A stretch of 61,081 bases of DNA from Elsinoe ampelina (Eukaryota), in assembly GCA_010093995.1 (NCBI GenBank), contig ML992518.1:126093-187173 (forward strand), read 5' to 3'. Position 1 is the first letter of the stretch. Every line of letters starts with the position of its first letter. This document shows positions 1 to 12,150 of this stretch, piece by piece. Made by a program: the position numbers and the translations under genes. Under the pieces are notes generated by a model. It made no database searches, was not told the DNA's origin, and saw only the letters and a list, made by a program, of their open reading frames with translations.

Positions 1-1066
1 CCTTAAGCTACTTAGGGTCCTTATAGGTTTAGGAGAGCTAATAGGCCTTAGAGTTAGAGTATAGTTAGCTAAGGAACATCTAGTATATTAGTTACTATAA
101 GCATAGCAAGTATAGGCCTTATTAAGCTAACTAGGCAAAGTAATACACTTACTAAACTTACTACCCCTACCCTTACTCTAATTATTACTAGAGTTAGATC
201 CCTAACACTTAGTATAGCAATTAGTACTATAGTAAACTACTCTACTAGTAGCACTAGAAGCTATTAAAGTAGTAGAGTAGTTAATAGATCTAGTAAGGTT
301 AACTTACTTAGTTAGATCCTTAACTAGAATAGGATTAGTAACTACTAGGTATATACTATAGGTACTAAAGGCCTAGACTACTATAGACCTCTAGATAGGA
401 TATAAGTTAGCATAGTTATAATAACTAATTATCCTAAGCCTAAGGAGAGTATTCTAGATTATATCGGTTAACTATTAAGTTAAAGTCTAAGTTAATTAGG
501 CTATTAATGTTAGCTTGTGCTATTAATACTTTATAGCTACTTACTAAGAGTATTAAGACAAGTAATTAGTCTTATAGTAGTATTATAATTAACATTAGAA
601 GTACTAGNNNNNNNNNNNNNNNNNNNNNNNNNNNNNNNNNNNNNNNNNNNNNNNNNNNNNNNNNNNNNNNNNNNNNNNNNNNNNNNNNNNNNNNNNNNNN
701 NNNNNNNNNNNNNNNNNNNNNNNNNNNNNNNNNNNNNNNNNNNNNNNNNNNNNNNNNNNNNNNNNNNNNNNNNNNNNNNNNNNNNNNNNNNNNNNNNNNN
801 NNNNNNNNNNNNNNNNNNNNNNNNNNNNNNNNNNNNNNNNNNNNNNNNNNNNNNNNNNNNNNNNNNNNNNNNNNNNNNNNNNNNNNNNNNNNNNNNNNNN
901 NNNNNNNNNNNNNNNNNCTAGCAATTATAAGCTAAACTAATAGTAAATTCTTACTAATAATTAGCTAACACTAACAATTATAAGCAATTATAAAGAGATA
1001 AAGTAATAAGCTAATTACTTTACTTACATATAACAGGACAGTTCTCTAGCTTTAGCAATCTATACT
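1..1066. mobile_element. RIP-degraded AT-rich transposon relic (probably the internal part of an LTR retrotransposon), interrupted by an assembly gap
   Basis: Strong TpA excess and CpA/TpG depletion, stop-rich in all frames; directly followed by a polypurine tract and an LTR. Confidence 0.8.
608..917. other. Assembly gap (N run)
   Basis: 310 N characters. Confidence 1.
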
Positions 1067-1218
1067 AGAGGGGGAGTGTTATAATAGAAGGCTAGTATAG
1101 CTTCTCTGGTACTGAAGAACTAGTACTAATAAGTCAGCGCACGCACAGTAGATAAATCGGTTATTGTAACTCTCTGAATGAAACACACGTCTCTCGATCC
1201 GATTTGCTAGTTACAACA
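1067..1218 (+). mobile_element. Polypurine tract (1067-1076) plus 3' LTR (1077-1218) of a Ty1/copia-like retrotransposon
   Basis: AGAGGGGGAG is immediately followed by TGTTATAA; the segment ends TTACAACA, whose reverse complement TGTTGTAA differs from the start only by a RIP-type TG>TA change. TG...CA termini. Confidence 0.75.
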
Positions 1219-1398
1219 GATACGGAGTTGGGAACTCCGAAGCCGCTTTTGGTCACCGCACGCCCTATGATACAACGTGATCAAGTGAGAAGAGATGCAT
1301 TCCATCTTAGCCGAGAATATCAATATCAGATACAAGAGCACGATCGGCCTTGTGTGATTGAGAAGTAGGCTCCCATTGAACAAAAAACTACCACAATC

Positions 1399-2550
1399 AT
1401 GTCCGCCGACCTCTTCCTCAAAAATCCCACTCCTGAAGAGATCAAAGAACAACTCACCCACAACTCTCTGGAATGGCGAGGCCCCTTGAGCACCGAAGCC
1501 TACTTCCGCCGTGAAGACGTCCTCGCCAACCAAGACCTCACCCGCTCCGGCGGCCTCACCTCGTGGATTTTGGCTCGAAATCTTCCCGATGGATCACGGC
1601 AAGCAGTCTGCTCGTGCGAGACTATCCGTAAACGAGCATTCCTGGCACTTGCATCTACTGGAAAAGTACAGGATGTGACTTGCTACGGTGTTGCTAGCGT
1701 GTTTACGATTCCCGAGCATAGAGGCAAGGGGTATGCGAGCACCATGTTCACCAACTTGGAGAAGTGGATGGACGAAGAAGGGAGGGGCAAAGGGGGGTTC
1801 AGCGTTCTGTACAGCGACGTTGGAAAGGAGTTCTACGCCAAACATGGATGGACGCCGAAGCAAAGTGCTCATGTGACGCTGCTGGTAGGAGGAGCGGAGA
1901 TGGGAAATGTGGACGGAGTGCGGTGGCTGAAGGAAGAGGATCTGCCTGCGCTATGCAAGAGGGATGAGGCGATCGTCAAAGCCAGACTGGAACGACTAGT
2001 GAGCCAAGGGAAGAATGCGGTTGCCATATGTCCAGATCTCAAGACTTTGCAGTGGCAACAGGCGCGCGAGGCCTTCTTGAGTAAGGAGTTGTACGGTAAA
2101 ACCCCAGAGATCCAAGGCGCACTATTCAAGACTGGCACCGGTAAGGATGTCTGGTGCTATTGGACTAGGTGGTGGTACAATGCGGACGTCAAACAGACCA
2201 AAGGCAACACGATGCACATTCTGCGACTCGTCGTCGACGAACCAGAATACGACGACATCGCTGCGTCTGACAAAGGTGTTGAGGAGGTACAAGCAGGGGA
2301 GACAGTCAAGGCTGTGGCAGCTTTGCTGAGAGCTGCCCTACAAGAGGCGAAGGAGTCAAACATGGAGGATGTACAAATCTGGAACCCCAGCTCGACAACG
2401 CTTGCCGCGGCTCGACTGTTGGAGGACAAAGCGGAGGTAGTGCATCGCGAGAAGGAAAGTATTGCCAGTTTCAGATGGTGCGATGACAAGCTCAATGACA
2501 TCGGAGACTCGATCGTCTGGACCGCAGTGGAAAAGTACTCGTGGTGCTAG
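1399..2550 (+). CDS. GNAT-family acetyltransferase (LYC1-like lysine acetyltransferase)
   Basis: 383 aa intact ORF; acetyl-CoA motif A VASVFTIPEHRGKGYAS; LYSDVGKEFYAKHGW. Confidence 0.8.
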   Translation: MSADLFLKNPTPEEIKEQLTHNSLEWRGPLSTEAYFRREDVLANQDLTRSGGLTSWILARNLPDGSRQAVCSCETIRKRAFLALASTGKVQDVTCYGVASVFTIPEHRGKGYASTMFTNLEKWMDEEGRGKGGFSVLYSDVGKEFYAKHGWTPKQSAHVTLLVGGAEMGNVDGVRWLKEEDLPALCKRDEAIVKARLERLVSQGKNAVAICPDLKTLQWQQAREAFLSKELYGKTPEIQGALFKTGTGKDVWCYWTRWWYNADVKQTKGNTMHILRLVVDEPEYDDIAASDKGVEEVQAGETVKAVAALLRAALQEAKESNMEDVQIWNPSSTTLAAARLLEDKAEVVHREKESIASFRWCDDKLNDIGDSIVWTAVEKYSWC

Positions 2551-2595
2551 CATGGACATGAAACCAATTTTATACAACGCAGGATGGAAGACTTC

Positions 2596-3825
2596 CTACC
2601 ACTTTCGAGATCTTGACTCATCGAAGTTACCACCTTGCCGCTCCTTCTCTACCCTGGCGTCAAAGTCGGTTTGTGCTTCCGTCTGAGCAAGCTGTCGATC
2701 TTCCTCCCTTCGAGAGAAAGCGAAACTGTCTCCGACGGTCGATCCCTGTTGCTGTTCACGTTGTGTTCCATCTGCGCCCTTGGTTGCTGCTTCTCTGCGT
2801 AACCGCTCCCACACACCTCCTGTCTGGACTGCCGAGTCTCGCCTCTCCGGGCCAGGTTGCGGGGACTGTCGTCGTTGTGCTTGTTGTTGCTGCGGAGCCG
2901 TACGAGACTCTCTGTCCGCCATTCTTGATTCGTATTGCTGTTTGCGCTCATTCTGCTGCATTTGACTGTCGGATAGAAGCCCAGTATCACCATCGCCGGG
3001 AGCCAGATCATCCATGAAGGCACCTCCGGTGGGCGACATATCATCGTCCTGGGCAGCTGCGGCTTTGGGACGGGAGGCGGCTTGTCGATTTTGGCGGGCT
3101 CTTTCCCACACCGTACCCGCTCGTGCGGCCTGGCTATCCATGCGTCCTTCAGTCGATTCCACCGGACCTCGTTGTGTGGTTATTGGAGGAGGCATACCTC
3201 CTTGTCGCTGCTGCAGCTTGGTTTTGAGGGCTTCTCGGAAGTCTTTGAGTCTCGGGTCTGTCACGGTGCCAGCAACATCAGTCGTCGAAGCCACGGAACC
3301 CCAGAAGAATATGCCTAGGAACATGGCGAACCCTGCATATGTGGAGAATCTCAGACCGTGCCATGCTGCTCTTGCTTGTGATCCCCTCAAGAATGAGAAC
3401 TTGTTGGGATCAAACCAATCTTTCCCGCCCGGGTTGTAAAAAGGGAATTTGAAGGTCTCGCGCCCGCTGTACGTCCAGAGAGCACCCGCAACGAGACCAG
3501 TGGGATATGCGTAGGAAGCAATCGTCACTGATTTTGCAAACTTGAAGGACAGAGCATCGACCTCTTCCTGGCGGAACGGTCTCCCAAGTATGGCACGCGA
3601 CTCTGCTAAGCTCTTCTTGAGGAGGTCTATTCTTGCCGGTGTATCCCATCCGGTAGGACCAAAGGCGCCGATTGGTTTCGGTAAGCCTCCAAGATTTATC
3701 CGCCATTGCTCTTCGGTCTGGCCTGTGGCATCTTGCTGATCGTTCGAGTCGAAGGTGTAGTCATTTGGGGGAGAGTCGGAAAAGCCACTGTCGGAGGCGG
3801 GCGCTACTGCCTCTTGGAGGACCAT
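2596..3825 (-). CDS. Conserved fungal hypothetical membrane protein
   Basis: 409 aa ORF, two hydrophobic segments, Q/R-rich C-terminus ending AQTDFDARVEKERQG. Confidence 0.7.
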   Translation of the reverse strand: MVLQEAVAPASDSGFSDSPPNDYTFDSNDQQDATGQTEEQWRINLGGLPKPIGAFGPTGWDTPARIDLLKKSLAESRAILGRPFRQEEVDALSFKFAKSVTIASYAYPTGLVAGALWTYSGRETFKFPFYNPGGKDWFDPNKFSFLRGSQARAAWHGLRFSTYAGFAMFLGIFFWGSVASTTDVAGTVTDPRLKDFREALKTKLQQRQGGMPPPITTQRGPVESTEGRMDSQAARAGTVWERARQNRQAASRPKAAAAQDDDMSPTGGAFMDDLAPGDGDTGLLSDSQMQQNERKQQYESRMADRESRTAPQQQQAQRRQSPQPGPERRDSAVQTGGVWERLRREAATKGADGTQREQQQGSTVGDSFAFSRREEDRQLAQTEAQTDFDARVEKERQGGNFDESRSRKW

Positions 3826-4605
3826 GCTGTCGGTGTAGTTCGATGTCGTCCTGGAACTAGATCATGATGCGGAGAAGGCGAGCAGGTCTCGAAACAGGTC
3901 GGTGAAAGAAAAGCATCGGCTGCTATCGGTGTTAGATGCTGACCTGGGAAGCTCAAGGTGAGGTTGAAGATGAGGTCATCTTGGCGGGGTCGTTGAACCT
4001 CATACCATAACTACTGTAACTTAGCTTGACAATGTGTTTTCTTCCTGCCAACGCAAGCTTGATGTGTGGTAGTGTTCACTTATTCACCGACCAGCAGTCT
4101 CGTAGATATTTAGGTGATGATGCTCTTATGAGGTCGGTCATCGTTTCTTTCATGTTCGATACAGCTCCTCGATCTTTTCTTCATTCACAACACGCGATAT
4201 TGTCATGTCTGCTTGCACAATACGAGCATTCCCTGCTCGTACAAAGGCGCCCGGTATACATTTGGCTATGGACTTGCGACAGGAGGGAATTGGGGGAGCT
4301 CGAGGCTCTTCCAGCCACTACGACAGGAGGGGCAGGCCAAAGACCGCTGACTAGCGGGACACTCCTTGTCCGGAGAGGTTGAATCATGCTGGACGTAGGT
4401 CTAGCAGTGACGTGGCAGCGATCTGGTACTCGTAGCTGTACTGTAGGATCACAGTCAGACATCATTTCGGCACACAGCCTGATCGAGAATCAAAGGCATC
4501 GGCAAGGCACTCTCGACTGACGTAGTGATGGACGCTTTTCCACTATACGAGACTCCGCCACTAAGCCCACGACGCTTCATCAGTCTTGTTCTCGTCTGCC
4601 AGCAC

Positions 4606-5748
4606 TCAAACCGCCACTGTTCGATACTCCTCGTTCTTGTCTGGTTCCCAGTAGCCGACGTAGCCGTCCCCGCTAGTCAAGTACGTTCCCACTGCTTGCT
4701 CTTCTGCCGCCGCCCGAAACACTGCGTGCTTCTTGTTGGTCCATTCCAAACCTTTCTAAATGTGGCCTACTTCGTCCTCAAACTCAGCATCCATCTCTGG
4801 CCTCAACAGATATACGATTGAGTACTTGTGGCGACCGTTTTCATCCTTGTGGGGAATGATGCGGTGCAATGCCGACGCCAGGACTCCACCCGAGATAAAC
4901 GAAGGGAATCCCCCACATTGACGACCGCATGATCCGGCTTCGGCGCGATATAATACCATTCATCGTCGTTGGGTTTCTGGGCTTGGAGACCGGCCACTTC
5001 GGTAAAGACGATCGAGTGACTGCCGGCATCGGTGTGGGCAATTTGTCCCACCCTGTCCGGCTCTTGTTCAGCTAGCGTATAATTGAGCAGTCCAAGAGCG
5101 GTTGGGCAGGTTTAACCCTCGCGATGGTAGTGTTGGTACGTTTGATCATCTTTCAGACCCAATGCTTCGGAGAGGCGTGTGAGGATGATGTTGCTCATTC
5201 ATCGGAAATCTGCCATTGCCTTCTTCAGCAGATTGAGCCGCTTGGAAATTTCCGCCGGGCCAGGAAATTCCGATGCATCCCTGATCTTGGAGATTGGGTG
5301 CTCGAAAAGCTGCGCGGGAGCAATCGACACCTGTCTGTCTGTAGGGGCTTACAAATCATTGTGCCTTCAACCCCATCCTTGACACCTTCGATTGGACCAT
5401 TACCATGTCCCGCTGGTTTATACCTGGTCTGTCAAGACTTTCCTTCACATGATCTATGGCGTGTCAGATTGAGATCACCTACCCGAAGACCAAGTTCTCA
5501 TCATAGTCTCTGTCTACCAACCAGGCCGACTTCTCCTCTTGGGGAAGATCGTAGAACTTGAGAGACAGATCATACATCTGCTGTACATCCTCCAAGACAC
5601 TCCCAGAGTCGACACCCCGACAGTCCAGGTAGAAGAAGCCGAGACCTACGCAAGCTCGCAGCAGGCTCTGCATTGTTGAGGGTCGTCCGTCGATCAAATC
5701 TGGCAGCGAAACGCTGACCAGCTCGGCATCCTTCCTGTCATCCATCAT
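4606..5748 (-). pseudogene. 2-oxoglutarate/Fe(II) dioxygenase (IPNS-like), disrupted
   Basis: DIOX_N-like ACVGLGFFYL; HTD...H(R) facial triad, VVNVGD, KYSIVYLLRP. In-frame stops at 5199-5201, 5112-5114 and 4756-4758, a frameshift near 4895, and a phase-incompatible second intron. Confidence 0.85.
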
Positions 5749-6176
5749 GGTGGAAGGTCAGATACTCAGGGAGATTCTCGATGAACAAACAGACAAGCCT
5801 CACGGTGCATCCGGAGTCATATGGTCATGGGGCATCGCACTCGATGACTTTCGACTCCATCTCTTGCTTTCAGAGTGCAAGCTGACATAGCCAACGGACT
5901 CTTACCCAATGCAGCAGTTCTCCGGATCCTTCTTCTCCAACTTCAGACTGGGTCTTCGTCATGTCGAACAGGAGATCATCACGACTCACAACACTGGTGA
6001 GACGGAGGCTCGCCACCGGCCTGTGGTATGTCTGCTTGTGTCACAGCTTACACGAGCTGTTCGGTGCCGATGTCTCGAGAAAGCGATACAGGGAAGCCAT
6101 GCCTGATCATGTGGACTTCAACATGATGAGCTCTCCCTCCGCAAGGCTAGTAGATCAATGTTCACTCATATATCGA

Positions 6177-6740
6177 CTACTGGACTCCCTCGATCAATTC
6201 AACGTCATCCTTGTCGTCTTCGTGAAACACCAGCGCCCTGACTTCAATGCTCTGCCGTGGCGCTCGATCAGCCATCTCTGGATCATTAAAGGCAGCATGT
6301 GGTACTCTTCTCGCCCGGTCAACAGCTTTGCTATCGTAGAACTTGATCATAATGACCTCTCTCGGGGTCTGGGCGAACTTTGTAGTACCATTCATGTTTT
6401 GGATTTGGCCTGATCGTACACGGTTCGCCAATCCAGTCGGGGTAGATCGACTTCACCGGTAGTATATCGCTCTCGGGGACGGAGTGAGAATTGCACACAG
6501 CCAGTGGACCCGATAGATGGTGTTGATGGGCCGCCAAACGTTTATGACTTGGTAGCGGCAGCGGAGAAGTCGCTCTGCCTCGGCTCTCATATGACGGCGT
6601 ATCTGGTTCACGGTACCACGTCCAGACTGGTCGGTGTGGGCTCGCTTCACAGGATGTCGTTCGTCATCAGGATCGTGGGCCTCTGGCTTAGGACGACGGA
6701 TGGTATGGTCGGAGATGTGCAACTTAGACGCCCTCGTTCT
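6177..6740 (-). pseudogene. AsaB/GA4-desaturase/CmcJ-like hydroxylase-desaturase, N-terminally truncated and frameshifted
   Basis: Motifs HxxDHTIRR, AHTDQS, RYQVINVWRPI, PLAVC, HEWYY, KFYDS, RVPHAAF and RQSIEVRALV are spread over three frames; the N-terminal part is absent. Confidence 0.85.
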
Positions 6741-6854
6741 GGCCGTTCTCGGCATCATATTGCCACCGGGCAATTACTCGATTGGGAAATATCCGCCATA
6801 TCCATGTCAATCCGTCAGTACACGATCACACATGCTTCAAGATCAAGATTCCAT

Positions 6855-7850
6855 TCATGCACGAAACTCAGTGAGTATTTGCTGAGCTCTGGTCAGTCGT
6901 AAATTCTCTGGTCCCATCCACAGCGCTTTCAACTCTGCTCTCGGCTCTCCAACTTCCGTCCAGGTGTCGCCCAATGTGACTATCGTCCTGCCATTCCATC
7001 TGCCAGGCTTCATGAACGAGTCGTCATCCTTGCCATACAGTTCAACGGGTCTACTCTGCTGAGCCGTCGCGGAAAAGTGAATTGCCCACCCGACGTGGTC
7101 TGCATCACTGACTGGAAGCCCGGCATCTATGATTGGCGCAGCGAGATGTTCTGGCAGCTGATTCGTGATGGTGGCCGCCGGAACTACCGCATTGATGGTG
7201 ATGTTGTCTTTAGCGGTGACCGACCTTGGTGCCCAGACGAGCCCAAGCATCTGGCAAACGAGTATTAGCAGAGTGTTTGTTTGTTGCAGCGTACGATCGA
7301 CCTACCGCAGCTTTGCACGAGCTGTAAAGTGGTAATGAATGCTCGGGCGCCAGGCCTGTGGTACTGGCAACGCGATGCTGCCGCCTCCAACCTGCTTCCT
7401 CATTCGGGAGAGTGCGAGCTTGCAAAAGTTGATGCTTCCTCTGACATTGGTGTCGAAGACATCTTGCGCGGGCAAGGCAAGCTTGCCTTCTTCGTCGAAG
7501 GTGTCGTTGAAATAATTAACGTAGTCACTGGCTCCTCCGTTGGCAACAGCAAAGTCCACACTCGCCGCACGATCAAAAGCCTCGACAAGATCTTTCCAAC
7601 TTGGTTGATCACACCGTATATACTCAATCCTGGGGTGCTACCGCTCTCTCGTAGGTGTGATGTCCAGGTTCAGACCCTTTGCGCCCCGTTCTGCAAAGAT
7701 CTTGGCCGTGGCGAGACCTATTCCCGAGCTTGCACCTACGCCACGTGTTAGCCCAAAACCATGCTAGACATGTGGATGAATCGTACCTGTGATAAGGACG
7801 GTTTTGCCATGCAGCGGAGGTCCACTCTATATCACCTCAATAGTCGTCAT
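6855..7850 (-). pseudogene. Short-chain dehydrogenase/reductase, disrupted
   Basis: Spliced GKTVLITG|ASSGIG, VANGG, YSSCK (YxxxK). In-frame TAG at 7827-7829 and 7638-7640, frameshift near 7370. Confidence 0.85.
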
Positions 7851-7867
7851 CTTGGAATTGGCTGTAT

Positions 7868-9453
7868 CTGTCAGTGTTTTGGCCTAGATTCTTGGAAGAC
7901 ATGCTACTGACTTGCGACCAATGCAGCCTGGTGGTCCAAGGGAGAAAGGCTGGCTAGCTTCTCGCACATCACCGCTATCACTATCGAGCCAAAGTTTTGG
8001 TACAAAGCAGTATGGATCCTTGAAGTAATTATCGTCGTATGTGGCAGTCCATGCAGACGTGTAGACTTCCGTCCATGAATTGTTAGCTAGGTCGCACAGT
8101 TTGGTCGGCCGATACTGACACCCTGTGGAGTCCACATGCCGTCGATCCACTTCCCAGGAGATAAGCGAGGAAAGCCTTGCGAACCAGGTGTAAAGAGACG
8201 AAGACTTTCTTGAATCACAGCGTGGAGATATGGAAGCTGGCTAGTAGCCGTGGCTGTGATCTCTTCCACAGTGGCGAAGCGCCCTCGCAGCTCAATTTGC
8301 AGTTGACGGAGACAGATCGGATACTTGCAAAGGTGATAGGTCGTGGAAGCCAGGAATGTCGATATCGTTTCGCCACCTGCCACACTGTCCGCAGTCAGCC
8401 AAGGACCAATGAACGTCTATCATTACATGAGCTAGGTTCGCAGAATGCGCCGTCAACTCCTCGGCGGAGACACTGCCGCTCTCAACCTTGTCTACTATAT
8501 TGGCCAGGAAATCTTTGCGGCCGCCCCGCTTGGCAAGACGCCTGTCTACATTTCAGATCAGTCAGTATGGTACGAGGCATTCCGACTCACCTTCGAATCA
8601 GGTCACGACTGTAAGAATGATTCTTCTCTTGTATCCCTGCAGTCAAGGGAGCGATCAGCCGGCCGACGGCAAGCACTGCGGGCCACCGTCTCAAATTGTC
8701 CACCAAAGTGATGAAGAAGACATATTTCGTCAGCATCTCAAACCAGAAATGTGGTCTTTCCTTCTCAATGCAACGGAACGATTCTCCGAACGCCATCTCG
8801 CCCAAGATATCGAAAGCGATCGTCTCATACCAGTGCGTCATGTTGAGCCCCTCAGGCGAAGAACCCTTGACCCTTAGTTTGGCCAGCATGCCATGAACAC
8901 AGTCTTTGATCACTTGTTCCTGTTCGGCGAGGGCTTTCGTCGAGAAGGCCGCACCGAGGTTCTTCGTCATTTCAGCATGTCGCTCAGGATTCCGTTCGCT
9001 ACCGATGCATTTCGAATCGTATCCCGCTGCAAAAACGTCATAGAATTCGCTCTTGATACAAGGAATCTGTCCGGCTGGCGGATATCCGTAGATGGTCTTC
9101 CAGGACGTTGCAGATGCGAATGAAAGCTCGTTGGGCGACACTCGAAAGACAGACCCTGTGGCGATCGGAGATCTGGCTTGCACGACCCACCGTGCTTCCG
9201 ATGTTCTTCTTCAATTGTCCGATGGTATCGTCCAGACATTGAGTGGTGGAATCGCCACAGCTGTGGCTTGTCAGTCTTTCAACTACATGTAGGACCGTTG
9301 GCTGACCAGACAACAGCGGCCTAGTATGGGCCCGGGTACACTTGCGAGCGGATGAAACCACAAGTTGTATACGATCGATGAGACCAGATACAGGCCGAGC
9401 ATAATGAGAATGCCTGACACCAATTGGAGCATACTGAGATTTCCTCCACTCAT
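7868..9453 (-). pseudogene. Cytochrome P450 (Tri11/CYP65-like), disrupted, last exon missing
   Basis: N-terminal TM + HPLASVPGP, RVSPNELSF, FDILGEMAFGESF, AGGET, ExxR (ESLR), heme motif FSLGPPGCIG. A likely 4-nt insertion near 8431-8435, a 3' splice site AG>GG at 8074, PER changed to PKL, and no C-terminal exon. Confidence 0.9.
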
Positions 9454-10058
9454 GTTGAGAGTGCTAAAGAGAGGTGAGAATGCCTGCATTACAAGGCTGT
9501 GATGATTGGCGGATAGAGGCCATTGGTGTGATCCTGAGTGATCACAGCCTCTCTGCTGGCAGTATTCCTTGAAATGGCAGTGGTAACGAGCCATACACTG
9601 GACCGGAGGTTTCTTGTTCGAGTTACTGACCACACCAATCGAGCAACCGTGAGGACCAAGCAACTCTCGAAATGCGACTCCAACGGTGTCTGCATAGAGT
9701 GTGATTGAAGAAACCCTAGCAAGATAATTGACCTACGACAGATATGGCGCTCATGGCAGTTGTGTCGGACCTCTCGAATCAATCTTTTCGGTTCCTATCA
9801 ATTGTTGTGTGGCTCTCATTATGACGCCTACTCTCACGGTCACTGACACCTACCAGTGCATATTTCTCTGTATCTATCGCTGGCGCAGGATTGCAACTCA
9901 ACCGTTGAACAAGTTTCCAGGGCCTTGGAGCCGATTCTCGGCGGTGGGAGTTGGTTCTCATAGATGCGTCTACGCTTTGCGATATGCCTTCCTTTTACCG
10001 CATTCGCCACTCGGTGTTGAGTCTGGTCCTGAACTGAATAATATTGTCTGAGAACGCA

Positions 10059-11189
10059 ATGGCTACAGCATCAATTCTGCCTATTCCAATCCAGCACCGC
10101 TATCACACGCCTGAGGTAGATGAGCCTCGGAACGGATTGATTCACCATTGCAGACACCAAAACTGGAGGATAAGATTCAAGCGTCATTTGCAGCGCCGAT
10201 CGACCAACTTGACGCCCCAAGTAGTCGGACAGCGGTGATCCATCCCAATGCAGTTGAGGTCGCCGGACAAGTGGATGGCGACTTCATCAGAGATTGGGAC
10301 TTTCCATCAGAGAAGGCTGTAATGAAGTTCCTCGCCGCCGGCTCCAGTCGAGTGACGTGTCTGTACTTTCCGATGGCAAGGGATGATCGTCTCCACTGGG
10401 CCTGCAGAGTACTGACCATACTGTTCTTGATAGACGGTAGATTCGCCTATGACAGGACGATGAGATTGCAATGGCTAACATTGATCCAGACCTTCTGGAG
10501 GACATGTCATTCGAGAATGGCTTGGCTTACAATAACAAGCTGATGCCTATCATGCGTGGTGATGTCCTCCCTGATCGCACCTGTCCAGTCGAATGGATCA
10601 TGTATGACCTATGGGAAGGAATTCGGGCATGCAACCGCGAATTGGCGGACAATGTCCTCGAGCCGACGTTTCTCTTCATGCGATCACAGACGGATAGGGA
10701 TCTTAGCGTCCTCAAGAACCTCGGGCAGTACCTCGAGCATCGGGAGAAAGATGTCGGAAAGGCCCTTCTGTCGGCTCTCATGTGCTTCGCCATGGATTTG
10801 CGTCTGACTCTGGACGAGATGATCTTGGTCAAACCACTGGAGAGAAACTGCTCAAAGCACATCTAGATCGCAACGACATCTGCGGTTGGGAGAAAGGAGT
10901 CCTCGCCGCGAGCAAGGGTCATGCGGAAGGCGGTGTGCTGTGCTCTGCTGTCCAGATCCTGGCCAACGAGACTGAGTTGACTGTTCCGGCAACAAAGCGA
11001 GTACTCTGGGCCATGGTGAGAGGGTGGAGTGAGCGCCACGATCAACTCGTGTCGACGATAGAAAAGGTAGGATATAGCGGAAATGTTGCAAGATATCTGA
11101 AAGGGCTTGAGTACCAGATGATTGGCCACGAGGATTGGAGTCTGTCGACGCAGAGATACACAGACGTCGAGGATGCGAATGCGTTCTGA
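10059..11189 (+). pseudogene. ari1: Aristolochene synthase-like sesquiterpene cyclase, disrupted
   Basis: Near-colinear with Penicillium/Aspergillus Ari1 motifs: VTCLYFP, spliced DDLLED (intron 10437-10489), RGDVLPDR, REKDVGKALLSALM, ATKRVLW, KGLEYQM, W...T.RY. TAG at 10864-10866 plus a 1-nt frameshift just before a degenerate NSE motif (NDICGWEKG). Possible short intron 10116-10153. Confidence 0.92.
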
Positions 11190-12150
11190 TTTGTACCGCA
11201 CATACTTCGCTACATCGTTCTGGTTCGACTCTTGCCCTCCTGATCAGCCTCAGGTCTTCGTTGTCGTCCACGTGTGAAGTGCGGTGATGGAGAAGAAGAT
11301 GGAACGTCAAACCCGAAGTGCAGCAAAAGGCAAGCCCTCGACTGCAGCAAATTGCCAATCCCGACAAACATCACACGTGTCTCTTGACGCTGCCATGATC
11401 ATGGAAGCTACTCAGAAGATACACAATGACTTTGCCTCAGCTCCCAAGTCTTTCAAATCTGTGTCCATACGTGCGCTTTGCTACCGTGGGCGTTGTGTCC
11501 ATCTTGCGTGGCCCAAACTAGTTGCTAGCCCTAGGAGGTCTCGGTGACTGCCTGTTCGGGCAACATGCGGGACCTCGCCAGGGGACCAACCTTGCAGGTC
11601 TAGTAGAGGGTCGACGGCAGGGACGATCGGACGATGTCAAAGCATCAACGTCAGACACCTGAAATCGTAGGGAGATCTGCTTGGAATTGAGAAGGGCATC
11701 GAGCCATGATGACGCTGGGTACCGTGACAAACATCACCACAAGCTGGTTCGATGTTACGAACAAGCAGCCTTTACTGTCGCCGAGCTTGAAATCTCCATA
11801 CTGGATCTCTGGGTATGTATCCAGACTCTCTGCTAGCCTAACAGGCTGGTGGCATCTGCTCATCTCGGTCTTTACCATCGCCCTGATAGCTCATCATTTC
11901 GGGTGAAACAAGAGACAAAAGCTTGCTCCCGGCATCTTGGTCATTGGTGGTCATGGTAAACAGAGCATTTCGAAGAGCCGTGATCGATTCGTTCACGATG
12001 CGAGATCCATGGTGGTTGAGGGCTATCGACAGGCTAGCATTAGTTCCATGGCACTCGAATATTTTGCTGACCGTAAACAGACGAACAAGGGCATGTTCTA
12101 TGTTCCAAGCAATCTTGGTGAATGTCTCATACTTCCCACCAGGTATCTTA

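Noticed and set aside
604..924. 106 aa ORF of X residues
   Set aside because: Artefact of the N gap.
1399..2550. GNAT as the acetyltransferase of the terpene cluster
   Set aside because: Intact, broadly conserved type and separated from the cluster by an unrelated conserved gene; no evidence of membership.
9667..9677. TCG-N5-CGA AflR-type palindrome in the divergent P450/cyclase promoter
   Set aside because: A single hit, easily expected by chance, and not repeated upstream of the other cluster genes.
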